This document shows, piece by piece, positions 9,292-20,157 of a stretch of DNA of 64,000 nt. The stretch comes from an uncultured Prevotellaceae bacterium (GTDB lineage: Bacteria; Bacteroidota; Bacteroidia; Bacteroidales; Bacteroidaceae), in NCBI GenBank assembly GCA_900318555.1, contig ONKX01000023.1, forward strand, positions 13,201 through 77,200. Reading direction: 5' to 3'. Numbering within the stretch: position 1 is the first letter of the stretch; the number at the start of each line of letters is the position of its first letter. A program made the translations under genes and the position numbers. Below the pieces are notes generated by a model. That model saw only the letters and a list, made by a program, of their open reading frames with translations, did not search any database and was not told the origin of the DNA.

Positions 9292-11384
9292 TTCTTGTTG
9301 TAAGCGTTGAGGAACGTATCGTACTCGTCGCAACGACTGACGTAGCGAGCAGTTCCAGCAGGATTCTGACGTTCAAATTCCACGAGACTGGCAAAGGCCT
9401 TCCATTGCGAGTTCTTACGCTGTGGGACGCGGTCGAATTCGGCCTTGTCGCTGTTCCATTCCATCGAACACCACAATCCCTTGGGCTGCAGTTCACCATA
9501 GCTCAGCGCAAAGAGCGCGCGCTCCTTCAACTGCGGATCAGTGGTCTTGGCGGCCTCACGGAGATAATCCAAAGCACGTGCTGCAAGGTCCACTTCGTTG
9601 GGTTCAACCTCATCGCAGCCCGGACTCTTCGCATCACGCATAATAAACCAGCAGTCGCCTGAGAAGTTAGCCTGCGCATAACGCACGGCGAGGTCGTAGC
9701 AACGCTGATAGCGCGACTTGTCCTGCAGCATGTTCATGCCGTATTCCAACTGTTGCATCTGCTTGGCAAAGACCAGCTTGGGATTCTCGCGCAGTCTGCG
9801 GGCACCCTCGCTATAGTACTCGGCATCACGCAGGAACTGACGCTCAATCCACGGCTCGACATTGGTCCTGCGCAGGGCGGCATAGAGCGAGTAACCCTTG
9901 TTCTGATAAAACGCAACAGGCACCTTCGAAAGCCACTCGATGGCCTTGTCCCACTGACACAGGCGCAGGTATTTCGTGCCGATGAGGTCGTTGTATTCGT
10001 TCTCGGCGTTGGCTTCGTCCTGTTGCGGCTGCTGACGGATGGCGTTCTTCAGGAAACGGTCCATCTCGGTCTTGGGAGCAGCGGTGAGGTAGGCGTTGTA
10101 CTGCTGCACGTTGGCAATCGTTGTGGTATCGAGATATGTATAATAGCCACCGAATTCCTGCACCTTATAGAGCGCCACGGTAACCTCCGGACAAACGGTC
10201 TTATACTTGTCGGCCATCACCTGCTGGACAATGCGGTCAAAGGCATTGTCGTAATACGAACTGCGCTCGTAGTAGTTGGTAACGGGACGCGGATTGGCGC
10301 GGTTACCCTTGCTGTAGAGCCACTGCATCTCGGTGCCTGCCCAGTTGTCGAAGTCGCTATTCTGCTTGCGCAGGTAACCCTCGATATACAGTCGGATGAC
10401 GCGTGCACAGTCTTTCATGCGTTCGCTACCCTCCATCGTGACAGCCTTCTGGATATCTGTCTGGGCCTGTTTCTTGTCGCCAAACATAAATTCGAGCCAC
10501 GCCTGAGCGGTCTGCCACATAGCGGGAACATCAGTCTTCTGCTCGCTGACAGCACGCTTACACAGACCTATCATCTGCTGGGCCTCGGCCTTGGTGATGT
10601 CACGGATAAACAGCTTGCCACCGAATCCATCGTACTTCACGGCATCGTCGGCCTCCTGGGCATTGTTGACGAAGTCCTGCAACAGGAACGGCAACACGCG
10701 CGCCTTGGGATTGGCATTGTAAACCTCGTTGATGGCAACATAGGAACGACGCTTGTAGTAGATGGTCATCAGACTGCGATAGTCACCTTGTTCCACGAAG
10801 ATGTTGACGCCATCTTCCGTCCGTCCGGTCTTATAGAGTGCACCGGCATAGATGTTCTGCATCATGTCCTTATAGACGCTGTTGATGTACTGGCTGGCGG
10901 TCTCTTCCCAGAACTTCACGTTTTCGGCATGATTGCCCAGCAGCATGTTCGCACGCATGTACAGCAAGCCGTGCTGACTGCGCAGACGGGTGCGCAATTT
11001 CGTGTTGGCATAGGCACGGATGGCCTCCAGCGTCGTACGGCGCTTCGCCAGTTCCTCCTTGGTGGGATAGTTCCACTGGTCGCCCTGCACGTCGCTGCAG
11101 ACATTCAGGTAACGCGCCAGCTGGTGGACGTAGCTCTGCATGAGGGCGTCGTTCTTCTGCTTGGCCACCTCGGTCACCTTCTCCTCGCTGAACCAAAACC
11201 AGTCGTCTTCGCCCAGACCCATATACACCTTCCAGTTGTTGGTGGTGATACGCTCCATGCGATAGGCAAAGTCGTCGTTGTCATAGAGGTTAAACAAATA
11301 ATAGTTGAACGTCCCGATGCCGGCACATGCCAGCATGGGCAGCGACACAACGGTCAACAAACTAATGATGATAAATTTCTTCAT
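9288..11384 (-). CDS. Large secreted helical (TPR-like) hypothetical protein
   Basis: Long ORF; likely start MKKFIIISLL (signal peptide). Confidence 0.8.
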   Translation of the reverse strand: MKKFIIISLLTVVSLPMLACAGIGTFNYYLFNLYDNDDFAYRMERITTNNWKVYMGLGEDDWFWFSEEKVTEVAKQKNDALMQSYVHQLARYLNVCSDVQGDQWNYPTKEELAKRRTTLEAIRAYANTKLRTRLRSQHGLLYMRANMLLGNHAENVKFWEETASQYINSVYKDMMQNIYAGALYKTGRTEDGVNIFVEQGDYRSLMTIYYKRRSYVAINEVYNANPKARVLPFLLQDFVNNAQEADDAVKYDGFGGKLFIRDITKAEAQQMIGLCKRAVSEQKTDVPAMWQTAQAWLEFMFGDKKQAQTDIQKAVTMEGSERMKDCARVIRLYIEGYLRKQNSDFDNWAGTEMQWLYSKGNRANPRPVTNYYERSSYYDNAFDRIVQQVMADKYKTVCPEVTVALYKVQEFGGYYTYLDTTTIANVQQYNAYLTAAPKTEMDRFLKNAIRQQPQQDEANAENEYNDLIGTKYLRLCQWDKAIEWLSKVPVAFYQNKGYSLYAALRRTNVEPWIERQFLRDAEYYSEGARRLRENPKLVFAKQMQQLEYGMNMLQDKSRYQRCYDLAVRYAQANFSGDCWFIMRDAKSPGCDEVEPNEVDLAARALDYLREAAKTTDPQLKERALFALSYGELQPKGLWCSMEWNSDKAEFDRVPQRKNSQWKAFASLVEFERQNPAGTARYVSRCDEYDTFLNAYNKK

Positions 11385-12231
11385 AGGTCTCTGGTTTATA
11401 TCTGTTAATATTATCTTTGTCCAAATGGTAAGTAATGATGGCTGCCGAGAGCGTCGGGCGCTCCTGTTCGACAGCATGTTTCACCCGCAGGATTTCGTCG
11501 GCTTCCACCGTATGTTCCACGTTGACGGCATGGATGGTGCGCAACCAGCTGAACACGGGATAAGCGGCAGCCAACGGCAGCGGATAGTCGCTGAGATGGC
11601 GCAGATAAGGCTTCACGTCGCGCAGGTCGAGAATGGGATTGCGCTCATCAAACTTATTGGGATCACCCGTATTGTAAATCATCAGCACACCGTAGTCCAC
11701 CCTCGGCGCCGACATCGACAGCTGGTGCAGACGGATGGTCGTCGACACCCTCCCACCCCACGCACTGCGCACGGAGTCGAGGAATTCGTAATATGTGCGG
11801 CGGCTCTTGGCGGTATAGTCACAGTCTATCTGAATCTCACGGACACCGGCAATGTCGTTGGTTTCGTTCATCTGACGGATTCGTCTAACCAGCTTCTCTG
11901 CCAAACCCTTATGCCAGCGATGCATGCAATCCTCGGTGATATAGACCGTAGGGATGATTTCCACGCCCTCGGGAATGCTGTCGCTAAACGTCATCGTCGC
12001 ATTAGGCACAGGCCCCGTGGCGGTATCGTTCTGTACCACGTCGAAATAGCGGCAGTACACCTTTTTAATGTCATACGTCCGCAGAAATGCCCGTTCCGTG
12101 GAGTCTATCCGCAGGTCAGTACGCCAATAGTACACGGAGTTGCCGGGCTCCATGTCCTTGTCCGGCTGCCGACTGCAGGCCGTAAGCCCCATCAACAGCA
12201 ACAATCCGTAACAAAGAATACGACGAATCAT
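11362..12231 (-). CDS. Hypothetical lipoprotein (IQIDCDY motif, possibly TIM-barrel)
   Basis: LTAC lipobox after MIRRILCYG; overlaps the downstream gene. Confidence 0.75.
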   Translation of the reverse strand: MIRRILCYGLLLLMGLTACSRQPDKDMEPGNSVYYWRTDLRIDSTERAFLRTYDIKKVYCRYFDVVQNDTATGPVPNATMTFSDSIPEGVEIIPTVYITEDCMHRWHKGLAEKLVRRIRQMNETNDIAGVREIQIDCDYTAKSRRTYYEFLDSVRSAWGGRVSTTIRLHQLSMSAPRVDYGVLMIYNTGDPNKFDERNPILDLRDVKPYLRHLSDYPLPLAAAYPVFSWLRTIHAVNVEHTVEADEILRVKHAVEQERPTLSAAIITYHLDKDNINRYKPETYEEIYHH

Positions 12232-12460
12232 GGCCGCGAAGGTACGAAAAAAATCCGAGCCCACCAAACGATGGACCCGATTTTTTTGTTTTACTCGCCG
12301 GACTCGCCTACCCTTTCATCTTCCCTCAGCCATCATTAATGTCACTCACCAGTCCCTTGCCATGTTTTTTTTCAAACTTCTTGTTATTCTCGCATATTTT
12401 TGCTAATTTTGCACCGTTTAATAGAATAATTTTCCTCCTTCTAACGACAAAGGTAGGGAA

Positions 12461-13144
12461 TTGGCCGGGATTAAGCAAATTCTTCACCGATATTCTATAT
12501 CGAGCGCAAAATTAGAGTCCCCTTTGTGTACTTTTGATGCAAAGAAATATGAGAAATTCTTTGAGCGGCCTTGGCTTTTGCTTGAGGCACGCAAGTTTCT
12601 ATTTGAGGAACGTCGTTGGGATGAGCGCGTAGTGCGCTGGTGTCGTCTGAGGTCGTGGAAAGACAAGCAGGGTGTGCCCTGGCTGCAGATACCTTATTAT
12701 AATCAGGAGGGCCAGTTGGTGGGTGTGCAGAATAGGAATCTGGTGCGTGGTGCCCTGCCGCGTTTCCGCTTCCCCAGTGGCTCGCAATGCGGCATTTATA
12801 ACCTGCCTGTGCTCAACATGCTGAAGCCCGGCGACGCGCTCTGGATCACCGAAGGCTCGTCCGACTGCTGGGCCATGCTCTCCGCCGGTCACAAGGCCAT
12901 CGCCATCCCGTCAGCCACCCTTCTTACAAAGAAGGACGTGGAGTTGCTAAACGGCCTAAGCACCTCCCCTAAAGGGGAGGATGGGAGGGGTCTCTCTTTT
13001 CACATGTTTCCCGACCGCGACGCTCCCGGCGAACGACTTTTCCTGCAGTTGCAGAAGGTGCTGCCCTCGTTGGTTCACCACCAGCTGCCACCCGACTGCA
13101 AGGACTTCAGCGACTACTTTATCAAGTTGAAAATTGAAAGTTGA
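12461..13144 (+). pseudogene. TOPRIM primase-like gene lacking its N-terminal Zn-finger
   Basis: ITEGSSDC, FPDRDAPG, CKDFSD motifs; TTG start, N-terminus does not look like a primase. Confidence 0.65.
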
Positions 13145-13315
13145 AAGATTAAAGTTGAATAACCCTGCCTTATTGCGCAATAACCCGCCGTTATCGTGCA
13201 ATAATGGCAGGTTATTGGAGCAGAGGCAAAAATTTTTGAATACAACAGAAAAAAAACTTCACTAAATTTGTGAATTTCAAAATAAATACTTACCTTTGCA
13301 GCCAAATACGACGAT

Positions 13316-13624
13316 ATGGTCATTGAATACGAAAAGGATTATCTTGAAGGACTATATGACAAGGGGAAATGTACGAACAAGAAGTATCGTTTCCAAAAGC
13401 CTGTAGTGGCGAAATACCAAAAGCGTATAGATACACTGATGGCCGCAACTCGCATCGAAGACCTCTTTGTGTTCAATTCACTTAATTTCGAGGCACTTGA
13501 CAATGGGTATTACTCTATCCGCATAGACTACCATTACCGTCTGGAGTTTAAGATAAGAACAGAAGGAACGGAACCTGTAGTGACCATATGCACCGTTACT
13601 GATATTACAAACCATTATCAATAA
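13316..13624 (+). CDS. higB: HigB/RelE-family toxin
   Basis: LNFEAL, YSIRIDYHYRLEF; toxin-first order before an HTH antitoxin. Confidence 0.85.
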   Translation: MVIEYEKDYLEGLYDKGKCTNKKYRFQKPVVAKYQKRIDTLMAATRIEDLFVFNSLNFEALDNGYYSIRIDYHYRLEFKIRTEGTEPVVTICTVTDITNHYQ

Positions 13625-13633
13625 GATATAATT

Positions 13634-13933
13634 ATGAACAGAGTAACAACACATCCTGGAGACGTTCTGAAAGAAGAACTGGAGGCAAGGGGCATTTCAC
13701 AGAAGAAGTTCTCTGAGGTGCTGTCCATTCCTTACACACAGCTCAACGAGATACTGAACGGCAAGCGTCCGGTAACAACTGATTTTGCCCTGATGATGGA
13801 GGCTGCCCTTGGCATCAATCCAGAACTGCTCATCAATATGCAGACACGCTATAATATGTCGGTAGCACGTAATAAAAAACCTCTTATTGCAAGACTCATT
13901 GACATTAAAAAAGCCTGTGCCGCAGTCTTTTAG
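13634..13933 (+). CDS. higA: HigA antitoxin (XRE HTH)
   Basis: HPGDVLKEEL, LNEILNGKRPVT, INMQTRY. Confidence 0.9.
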   Translation: MNRVTTHPGDVLKEELEARGISQKKFSEVLSIPYTQLNEILNGKRPVTTDFALMMEAALGINPELLINMQTRYNMSVARNKKPLIARLIDIKKACAAVF

Positions 13934-14110
13934 CTCTTCCAAAAACTGTTGCTTTTTATCAGATAAAACGTCATAGAAAGAGTAGTTCCTGATGCTCCAG
14001 CATCGGGAATTTTTGTTATAAAAATATTTCAAGAAAAACTTGAAAAAAGTTAGGTAAATATTTGGTTATTTGAAAATTATTTCGTACCTTTGTACCATCA
14101 AAGATGATAC

Positions 14111-14172
14111 ACTATGGGCGTCGGCTCAGCATACTTGAGCAAGCTCAGTCTGCATTCGCCTAGCACCATAGT
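14111..14172 (+). repeat. REP-like palindromic element, copy 1
   Basis: ACTATGG...CCATAGT ends; core GCTCAGCATA-(TGAGCAAGCTCA)-TGCATTCGC; related copies at 57451 and 59130. Confidence 0.65.
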
Positions 14173-14176
14173 TGCA

Positions 14177-14422
14177 TTACTTAATCACGACCTTACGTCC
14201 ACTATTGACGTACACACCCTTCGTAGTTGGCTTGGCGTCAAGCCTGCGAACACTCAAGTCGTACCAGGAATTGTCAATTGTCATTTGTCCATTGTCAATT
14301 CCCTTGATGGACGTTTCTGTTTGTTTCTCCAAGCAGGCTTCGTTATCCTTAGGTTCGAGATGCCGCCACCACGACAGCGTCATGACTGCCCGTTTCAGAA
14401 ATGTAAATTGATTGGTTCTCAT
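14177..14422 (-). pseudogene. Internally deleted T9SS cargo gene (leader fused to C-terminal sorting domain)
   Basis: MRTNQFTFLKRAVMTL joined almost directly to WYDLS.RRL..KPTTKGVYVNSGRKVVIK. Confidence 0.6.
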
Positions 14423-14441
14423 ATCATATTCGTTTGTATTG

Positions 14442-15528
14442 TTATCTATTCATTCCTAATCTGAGAGTCAGGATGCGTCTTACGCTCTGGTTGATACGTT
14501 CCTCGCTGAGGGTGCCGTTGTTCACGGCAGCGACAACGCCATCGAAGGCCTCGATAAAGTCGCGAGGACCAAGCACGATATCCACACCAGCCTTGATGCT
14601 GCCCACAGCTGCCTCGGCACTGGTGTAGTGCTGGGTGATAGCACCCATCTCCATGCCGTCGGTGATGATGATGTTCTGATAGCCTAACTCGCCGCGCAGC
14701 TTGTCTTGCAGGACGATAGACGACAGCGTGGAGGGAATGTTGGAACCTGTGACATTAGGTACAGCGATATGGGCAGTCATGATAAGCTGACAGCCCCACT
14801 GGATGCCAGCACGGAAGGTCACCATCTCACACTGCTTCATCTCGTCCCAAGTCTTCAGCGACTGTGCGTAGCCCGTGTGCGTGTCGGCCGTCGTGTCACC
14901 ATGACCGGGGAAGTGCTTGATGCAACCTGTAATACCCGCATCCTTCAGTCCCTGCAGGTAGTTTGTCACCATCGGTGCTGCCACCTCAGGCTTGTCGCTG
15001 AAGGCAACCGATGGTGTTGCCACATTCGTAGGCATTCTTCGGGTCGCCGGTAGCACCGATAGCTGCCATCGACTCGTATTTCTTGACGTGAAAGTTGGGA
15101 TTGTTGGCTATGCGCGACACCCTTCCACCTTCCTCGTCAATGCAGAGCAGCGGATGTCCTTTCAGCGATCGTATCTGCGGGATGATGGTGCCCAACTGTG
15201 CTTCGTCCTCAATGTTCCATGCATACAAGATGATGCCACCCACGGGGTACTCTTCATTGGTATTCCTCATTTTCATGGTTATCTCCTGATTCTTGAGGGC
15301 CGCCAAGTCGTCGTAGGTAGTCCATTCTATTGAGGGGTCAAGCGACTCGATGCGGATATAAAACATCTGTCCGACCTTTTCGCGCAGTGTCATCTTCTGC
15401 AGTAGCGCTTCCACCTCGTCCGCAGGCGTTACAGACTCGTCATCGTTCGAACACGATATTAACACAAGACCGCAAATCAGGATGGCGGCCAACAACATGA
15501 ATAGTTTACAACTGTTCTTCTTTATCAT
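14442..15528 (-). pseudogene. GH3 beta-N-acetylhexosaminidase lipoprotein, frameshifted by a deletion near 15006
   Basis: IDEEGGRVSR in one frame; KHFPGHG and ITDGMEM in another; FAPVADV segment absent. Confidence 0.85.
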
Positions 15529-15572
15529 TGTTTAAAGTTTTAGTTTTTAGAACGATTATGCGGCAAAGTTAC

Positions 15573-15613
15573 AAAAAAAATGCCTGAACCGCAAAAGTTC
15601 AGGCATTTTTTTT
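15573..15613. terminator. Bidirectional intrinsic terminator
   Basis: A-tract TGCCTGAAC-loop-GTTCAGGCA T-tract. Confidence 0.75.
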
Positions 15614-15614
15614 C

Positions 15615-15660
15615 GTTTCCAGACAAGATTGAAAGGTTTCCAGACAAGATTGAAAGGTTT
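15615..15660 (+). repeat. 21-bp tandem duplication GTTTCCAGACAAGATTGAAAG x2
   Basis: Read directly from the sequence. Confidence 0.9.
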
Positions 15661-15686
15661 AATTCAAATTTTAATGAGAGAATGTC

Positions 15687-17015
15687 CTATAATATATTCA
15701 GGGAATTGAGGAATACGATGATGATGGCAATGGGGATGATCCAGCGCAGGAGAACGAGATAGACAAACGAGACCACGCGTGAACCCTGATATCTGTTCTG
15801 GGGGACGAACCACCCTGTAAACAACGCCATAGAAAATGCTCCAAGAGGTATGAGGAAATTGGTGACGAGGTCATTGAAATTGTCAAAGAGGTTACGCCCC
15901 ATGATGGTGAGCCAGTCGGCATGGCCCGTCAGCGACAGCACACACAACGTATTGGTTACTACCAATATCAAACTGGTAACAATCACACTCTGATGCCTGT
16001 TGAGTGGACGCTTGGTTTCTGCCGTTGCTTCACAGAAAAAGGCTACCATCACCTCCATCATGGAGATGGTTGAGGTGAGGGCTGCGACGCACATAAGCGT
16101 GAAGAAGGCGGTGCTGATGATGGTCGGGCTGAACATGTGCATAAACACTGCCGGCAATGTGACAAACGTCAGTTCCGGTCCTTCCGTAGGACTGAAATCG
16201 TATGCGAATACGGCAGGCAGGACGACGGTGCCGGCAAGCAATGACACGATGATGACAAGAACTATCATTTGAACCGACGTCCTAGCGACATTTTGCTCCT
16301 TTGGCATATAGCCTCCATAGGTAATGAGTGCACCGACGCCAAGGGATAAGGTAAAGAAACTAAGTCCCATGGCCTCGAGTATGACCTTCGGAGTGATTTT
16401 CGAGAAGTCAGGCTCGAAGAGGAAGCGCAGTCCGGCGGTTCCGCCGTCGAGAAGCACCATGTGGATTGCCATCACGATTAACATGATAAACAGCAGTGGC
16501 ATGAGAATCTTGCTCAGCCGCTCAATACCCTTGTTGACGTCGAACCACAGTACCGCTGCCGTCAGGACATTGGCTAAGATGGCATAGACTGTCATCACAG
16601 GGGCATTCTTCTCGAAAGCGTCAAAGAAAGTAGTAAGCTGAGGGGCATCCATGGTGGCGAAGGTGTTCGACGCAGCTTCAACCATGTAAAATATGCACCA
16701 TCCTGTGACGACAAAATAGAAGCTCATGAGGAACATCGAGGACAACATGTTTGTCCATGACAGCCACTGCCAGCGGTTCGAGCCGCTCAAGGCGCGGAAT
16801 GCACCATAGACACTCTTACCCGACGACTTGCCTATCAGAAACTCGTTCATCACCAACGGCAATCCGAAGATGATTGAACAGACGATATACAGGATTATGA
16901 ACGCGCCACCACCGTTTTCCCCAACCGTATAGGGGAACTTCCAGATACTGCCTAACCCTACAGCGCTGCCTGCAGCGGCCAACAGAACGCCAATTTTCGA
17001 CGAAAATGATTTCAT
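15687..17015 (-). CDS. Sodium-dependent transporter (SNF/NSS family)
   Basis: GSAVGLGSIWKFPY, GGGAF, many transmembrane segments. Confidence 0.92.
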   Translation of the reverse strand: MKSFSSKIGVLLAAAGSAVGLGSIWKFPYTVGENGGGAFIILYIVCSIIFGLPLVMNEFLIGKSSGKSVYGAFRALSGSNRWQWLSWTNMLSSMFLMSFYFVVTGWCIFYMVEAASNTFATMDAPQLTTFFDAFEKNAPVMTVYAILANVLTAAVLWFDVNKGIERLSKILMPLLFIMLIVMAIHMVLLDGGTAGLRFLFEPDFSKITPKVILEAMGLSFFTLSLGVGALITYGGYMPKEQNVARTSVQMIVLVIIVSLLAGTVVLPAVFAYDFSPTEGPELTFVTLPAVFMHMFSPTIISTAFFTLMCVAALTSTISMMEVMVAFFCEATAETKRPLNRHQSVIVTSLILVVTNTLCVLSLTGHADWLTIMGRNLFDNFNDLVTNFLIPLGAFSMALFTGWFVPQNRYQGSRVVSFVYLVLLRWIIPIAIIIVFLNSLNIL

Positions 17016-17020
17016 ATTCT

Positions 17021-17896
17021 TTAATGTGACAGGATTTCTACACCGTGTTCAGTCATGAGGAGCGTATGTTCCCACTGGGCGGAGGGAAGTTCGTCGTCGG
17101 AGATGACTTCCCATCCATAGGGATCTTCAGAGTCGATAAAGACTTTCCACGAACCCATATTGATCATCGGTTCGATGGTGAAGACCATTCCCGGAACGAG
17201 GAGCATTCCGTTGCCCTTCTGCTGGAAATGAGCCACTTCGGGTTCTTCGTGGAAGGCACACCCTACCCCATGGCCGCAGAGATCGCGGACGACGCCGTAG
17301 TGGTAGCGCTTGGCGTGCTTCTCAATGGCTTTGCCGATGTCGTTCACCCAGCCCCAAGGCTTTGCGGCCTCCATACCAATTTCCAGACACTCCTTGGTGA
17401 CACGCACCAGCTGTTCCTTCTCCGGCGTGGTCTTGCCAATGATGAACATGCGCGACGCGTCGGCATAATAGCCGTCGAGAATGGTGGTAAAATCGACATT
17501 GATGATATCACCCTCTTCGAGAATATCCTCTGCCTTGGGAATGCCGTGACAGACGACCTCGTTGATGCTGGTACAAACACTCATAGGGAACGGCGGTGTT
17601 TCGCCATCCTCGATATCATAGTTGAGACAGGCGGGAATGGCACCATGTAAAGCACAATAGTCGCGACAAATCTGGTCAATCTCCAGCGTCGACATACCCG
17701 CACAAATCTCCTGTTCGACAGCATCGAGCACACCGGTATTCACCACACCAGCACGACGAATGCCTTCAAGCTGTTCCGGCGTCTTGATCAGGTCGGGCGT
17801 AGGCACCAGCGCCCCCTTGTTTTCCAAATACATAATGCGCTTGTCAAACTCCGTAGGTTGCTGTCCGGGCTTGCAGCGCCATCTTCTTTTTACCAT
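17021..17896 (-). CDS. map: Methionine aminopeptidase type I
   Basis: CTSINEVVCHGIP, GHGVG..FHEEP, FTIEPMIN, SAQWEHT. Confidence 0.95.
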   Translation of the reverse strand: MVKRRWRCKPGQQPTEFDKRIMYLENKGALVPTPDLIKTPEQLEGIRRAGVVNTGVLDAVEQEICAGMSTLEIDQICRDYCALHGAIPACLNYDIEDGETPPFPMSVCTSINEVVCHGIPKAEDILEEGDIINVDFTTILDGYYADASRMFIIGKTTPEKEQLVRVTKECLEIGMEAAKPWGWVNDIGKAIEKHAKRYHYGVVRDLCGHGVGCAFHEEPEVAHFQQKGNGMLLVPGMVFTIEPMINMGSWKVFIDSEDPYGWEVISDDELPSAQWEHTLLMTEHGVEILSH

Positions 17897-18023
17897 AGTT
17901 TTCTTATTTTTGTGTGCAAAGATAATACTTTTTTCGGAAAGTGGCACGGAATTTGCAGAAAAAGAATCGAAAATTGTAAAATAGAGAAATTGCAAATAGT
18001 AAAATCATCAAATAAAAAAGAAT

Positions 18024-20084
18024 ATGCAAAAAGGTAACATCGGGGTTACGACTGAGAACATTTTCCCCGTCATCAAAAAGTTTCTCTACTCAGACCATGA
18101 GATTTTCCTGCGCGAGATGGTTTCGAACGCTGTTGATGCCACGCAGAAGCTGAAGACGCTGGCTCAGCAGGGCGAGTTCAAGGGCGAACTGGGCGACTTG
18201 ACAGTACATGTATCACTGGATGCCGACAAGGGCACCATTACGATTTCTGACCGCGGTATCGGTATGACCGAAGAGGAAATCGACAAGTACATCAACCAGA
18301 TTGCTTTCTCGGGCGTCAACGACTTCCTCGAGAAATATAAGGACAATGCCAACAACATCATTGGACATTTCGGACTGGGCTTCTATTCCAGCTTTATGGT
18401 GTCGAAGAAGGTGGAGATTGTGACGCGTTCGTACAAGGATGGCAGCAAGGCCGTAAAATGGAGCTGTGATGGCAGTCCTGCCTACGAGATTGACGAGGCA
18501 GAGCGCGAGGATCGCGGTTCTGACATCATCCTTTATCTGGACGACGACTGCAAGGAATTCCTTGAAAAGGAGCGCATCCAGCAGTTGTTGACGAAGTACT
18601 GCAAGTTCATGGCAGTGCCCGTGGCTTTCGGCAAGAAGCAGGAGTGGAGCAGCGAGGAGAAGAAGATGGTAGATACCGCTGAGGACAACCTCATCAACAA
18701 CGTGGAACCCCTGTGGACGAAGGCTCCGTCATCGCTGAAGGACGAGGACTACACCAAGTTCTATCGCGAGCTCTATCCCATGAGCGATGAGCCCATGTTC
18801 TGGATTCACCTGAACGTTGATTACCCCTTCAATCTGACGGGTATTCTCTACTTCCCCCGCATCAAGTCGAACATCGACCTGCAGCGCAACAAGATTCAGT
18901 TGTATTGCAACCAGGTATTCGTGACGGATCAGGTAGAGGGTATCGTGCCGGAGTTCCTGACGCTGTTGCACGGTGTGATTGATTCACCAGATATTCCTTT
19001 GAACGTGAGCCGTTCATACTTGCAGAGCGACCGCGAAGTAAAGAAGATTTCGACCTATATCACCAAGAAAGTGGCTGACCGTTTGCAGGCTATCTTCAAG
19101 GAGGACCGCAAGCAATATGAGGAGAAGTGGGACGACCTGAAGCTCTTCATCAACTATGGCATGCTCAGCGAGGAGAGCTTCTACGACCGTGCCAAGGAGT
19201 TTGCACTCTTCAAGGACACGGAGGGCAAGTACTTCACCTTCGACGAATACAAGACGCTCATCGAGGGCGCTCAGAAGGACAAGGACGACCAGCTCGTCTA
19301 TCTCTACGCTACCGACAAGGAGGAGCAGTACTCCTACATCCAAGCTGCCAAGGACAAGGGTTACAGCGTATTGCTGTTAGACGGACAACTCGACGTGCCT
19401 GCCATCCAGATGCTGGAGCAGAAGTTCGAGAAGAGCCGCTTCACCCGTGTCGACTCCGACATCATCGACCGCCTTATCGTGAAGGACGATGCACCGAAGT
19501 CGAATCTGACAGAGGACGAGTCTGCCAATTTGTCACAGGTATTCCGTTCGCAGATGCCGAAAATGGAGAAGACCGAATTCATGGTTGAGGTGCAGAGCTT
19601 AGGCGCAGAGCAGCGTCCTGTAGTCATCACGCAGAACGAATGGATGCGCCGTATGAAGGAGATGAGCCGCTTCCAGCAAGGCATGAACTTCTACGCGCAA
19701 ATGCCTGATTCAATGAATCTTGTGCTCAACGCAGACCATCCGCTGGTAAAGCGCGTACTGGACGATTGCAAGGCAACGACCGAAGAAACGCTGAAGCCCA
19801 TCGAGAGCGAACTGAAGGGTCAGGAAGCCCGTCTCGCTGCCATCCGTCAGCAACAGGAGAAGAAGAAGGCTGAGGAACTGACACAGGATGACAAGGACAT
19901 GAAAGCTGAGTGCGAAAAGGCCGTACAGGAGCAGAAGGACAAGAAGCAGAGTGTGCTCAACGATTATGCCGCCAAGAACGAGATCGTCCATCAGCTCATT
20001 GACCTGGCCCTGTTGCAGAACGGCATGTTAAAGGGCGAAGCCTTGGACAAGTTCCTGAAGCGCTCCGTCGATCTCATCAAGTAA
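18024..20084 (+). CDS. htpG: Chaperone HtpG (Hsp90)
   Basis: FLREMVSNAVDA, DRGIGM, IGHFGLGFYS, PLNVSRS. Confidence 0.97.
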   Translation: MQKGNIGVTTENIFPVIKKFLYSDHEIFLREMVSNAVDATQKLKTLAQQGEFKGELGDLTVHVSLDADKGTITISDRGIGMTEEEIDKYINQIAFSGVNDFLEKYKDNANNIIGHFGLGFYSSFMVSKKVEIVTRSYKDGSKAVKWSCDGSPAYEIDEAEREDRGSDIILYLDDDCKEFLEKERIQQLLTKYCKFMAVPVAFGKKQEWSSEEKKMVDTAEDNLINNVEPLWTKAPSSLKDEDYTKFYRELYPMSDEPMFWIHLNVDYPFNLTGILYFPRIKSNIDLQRNKIQLYCNQVFVTDQVEGIVPEFLTLLHGVIDSPDIPLNVSRSYLQSDREVKKISTYITKKVADRLQAIFKEDRKQYEEKWDDLKLFINYGMLSEESFYDRAKEFALFKDTEGKYFTFDEYKTLIEGAQKDKDDQLVYLYATDKEEQYSYIQAAKDKGYSVLLLDGQLDVPAIQMLEQKFEKSRFTRVDSDIIDRLIVKDDAPKSNLTEDESANLSQVFRSQMPKMEKTEFMVEVQSLGAEQRPVVITQNEWMRRMKEMSRFQQGMNFYAQMPDSMNLVLNADHPLVKRVLDDCKATTEETLKPIESELKGQEARLAAIRQQQEKKKAEELTQDDKDMKAECEKAVQEQKDKKQSVLNDYAAKNEIVHQLIDLALLQNGMLKGEALDKFLKRSVDLIK

Positions 20085-20105
20085 ATATACCATACAAATA
20101 AAAGA

Positions 20106-20140
20106 GAAGCCTCCCTTCAAACAGGAGGCTTCCTTTTTTT
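20106..20140. terminator. Intrinsic terminator after htpG
   Basis: GAAGCCTCC-N9-GGAGGCTTC followed by a T tract. Confidence 0.75.
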
Positions 20141-20157
20141 GTCCTATAATGTTCAGA

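Noticed and set aside
9753-11408. 551-aa plus-strand ORF and similar long antisense ORFs (e.g. 28288-29589, 60869-61969)
   Set aside because: They are shadows of well-supported genes on the opposite strand and carry no motifs.
17590-17625. Short DIEDGETPP insertion in Map
   Set aside because: In-frame loop variation with catalytic motifs intact; no repeat or element signature.
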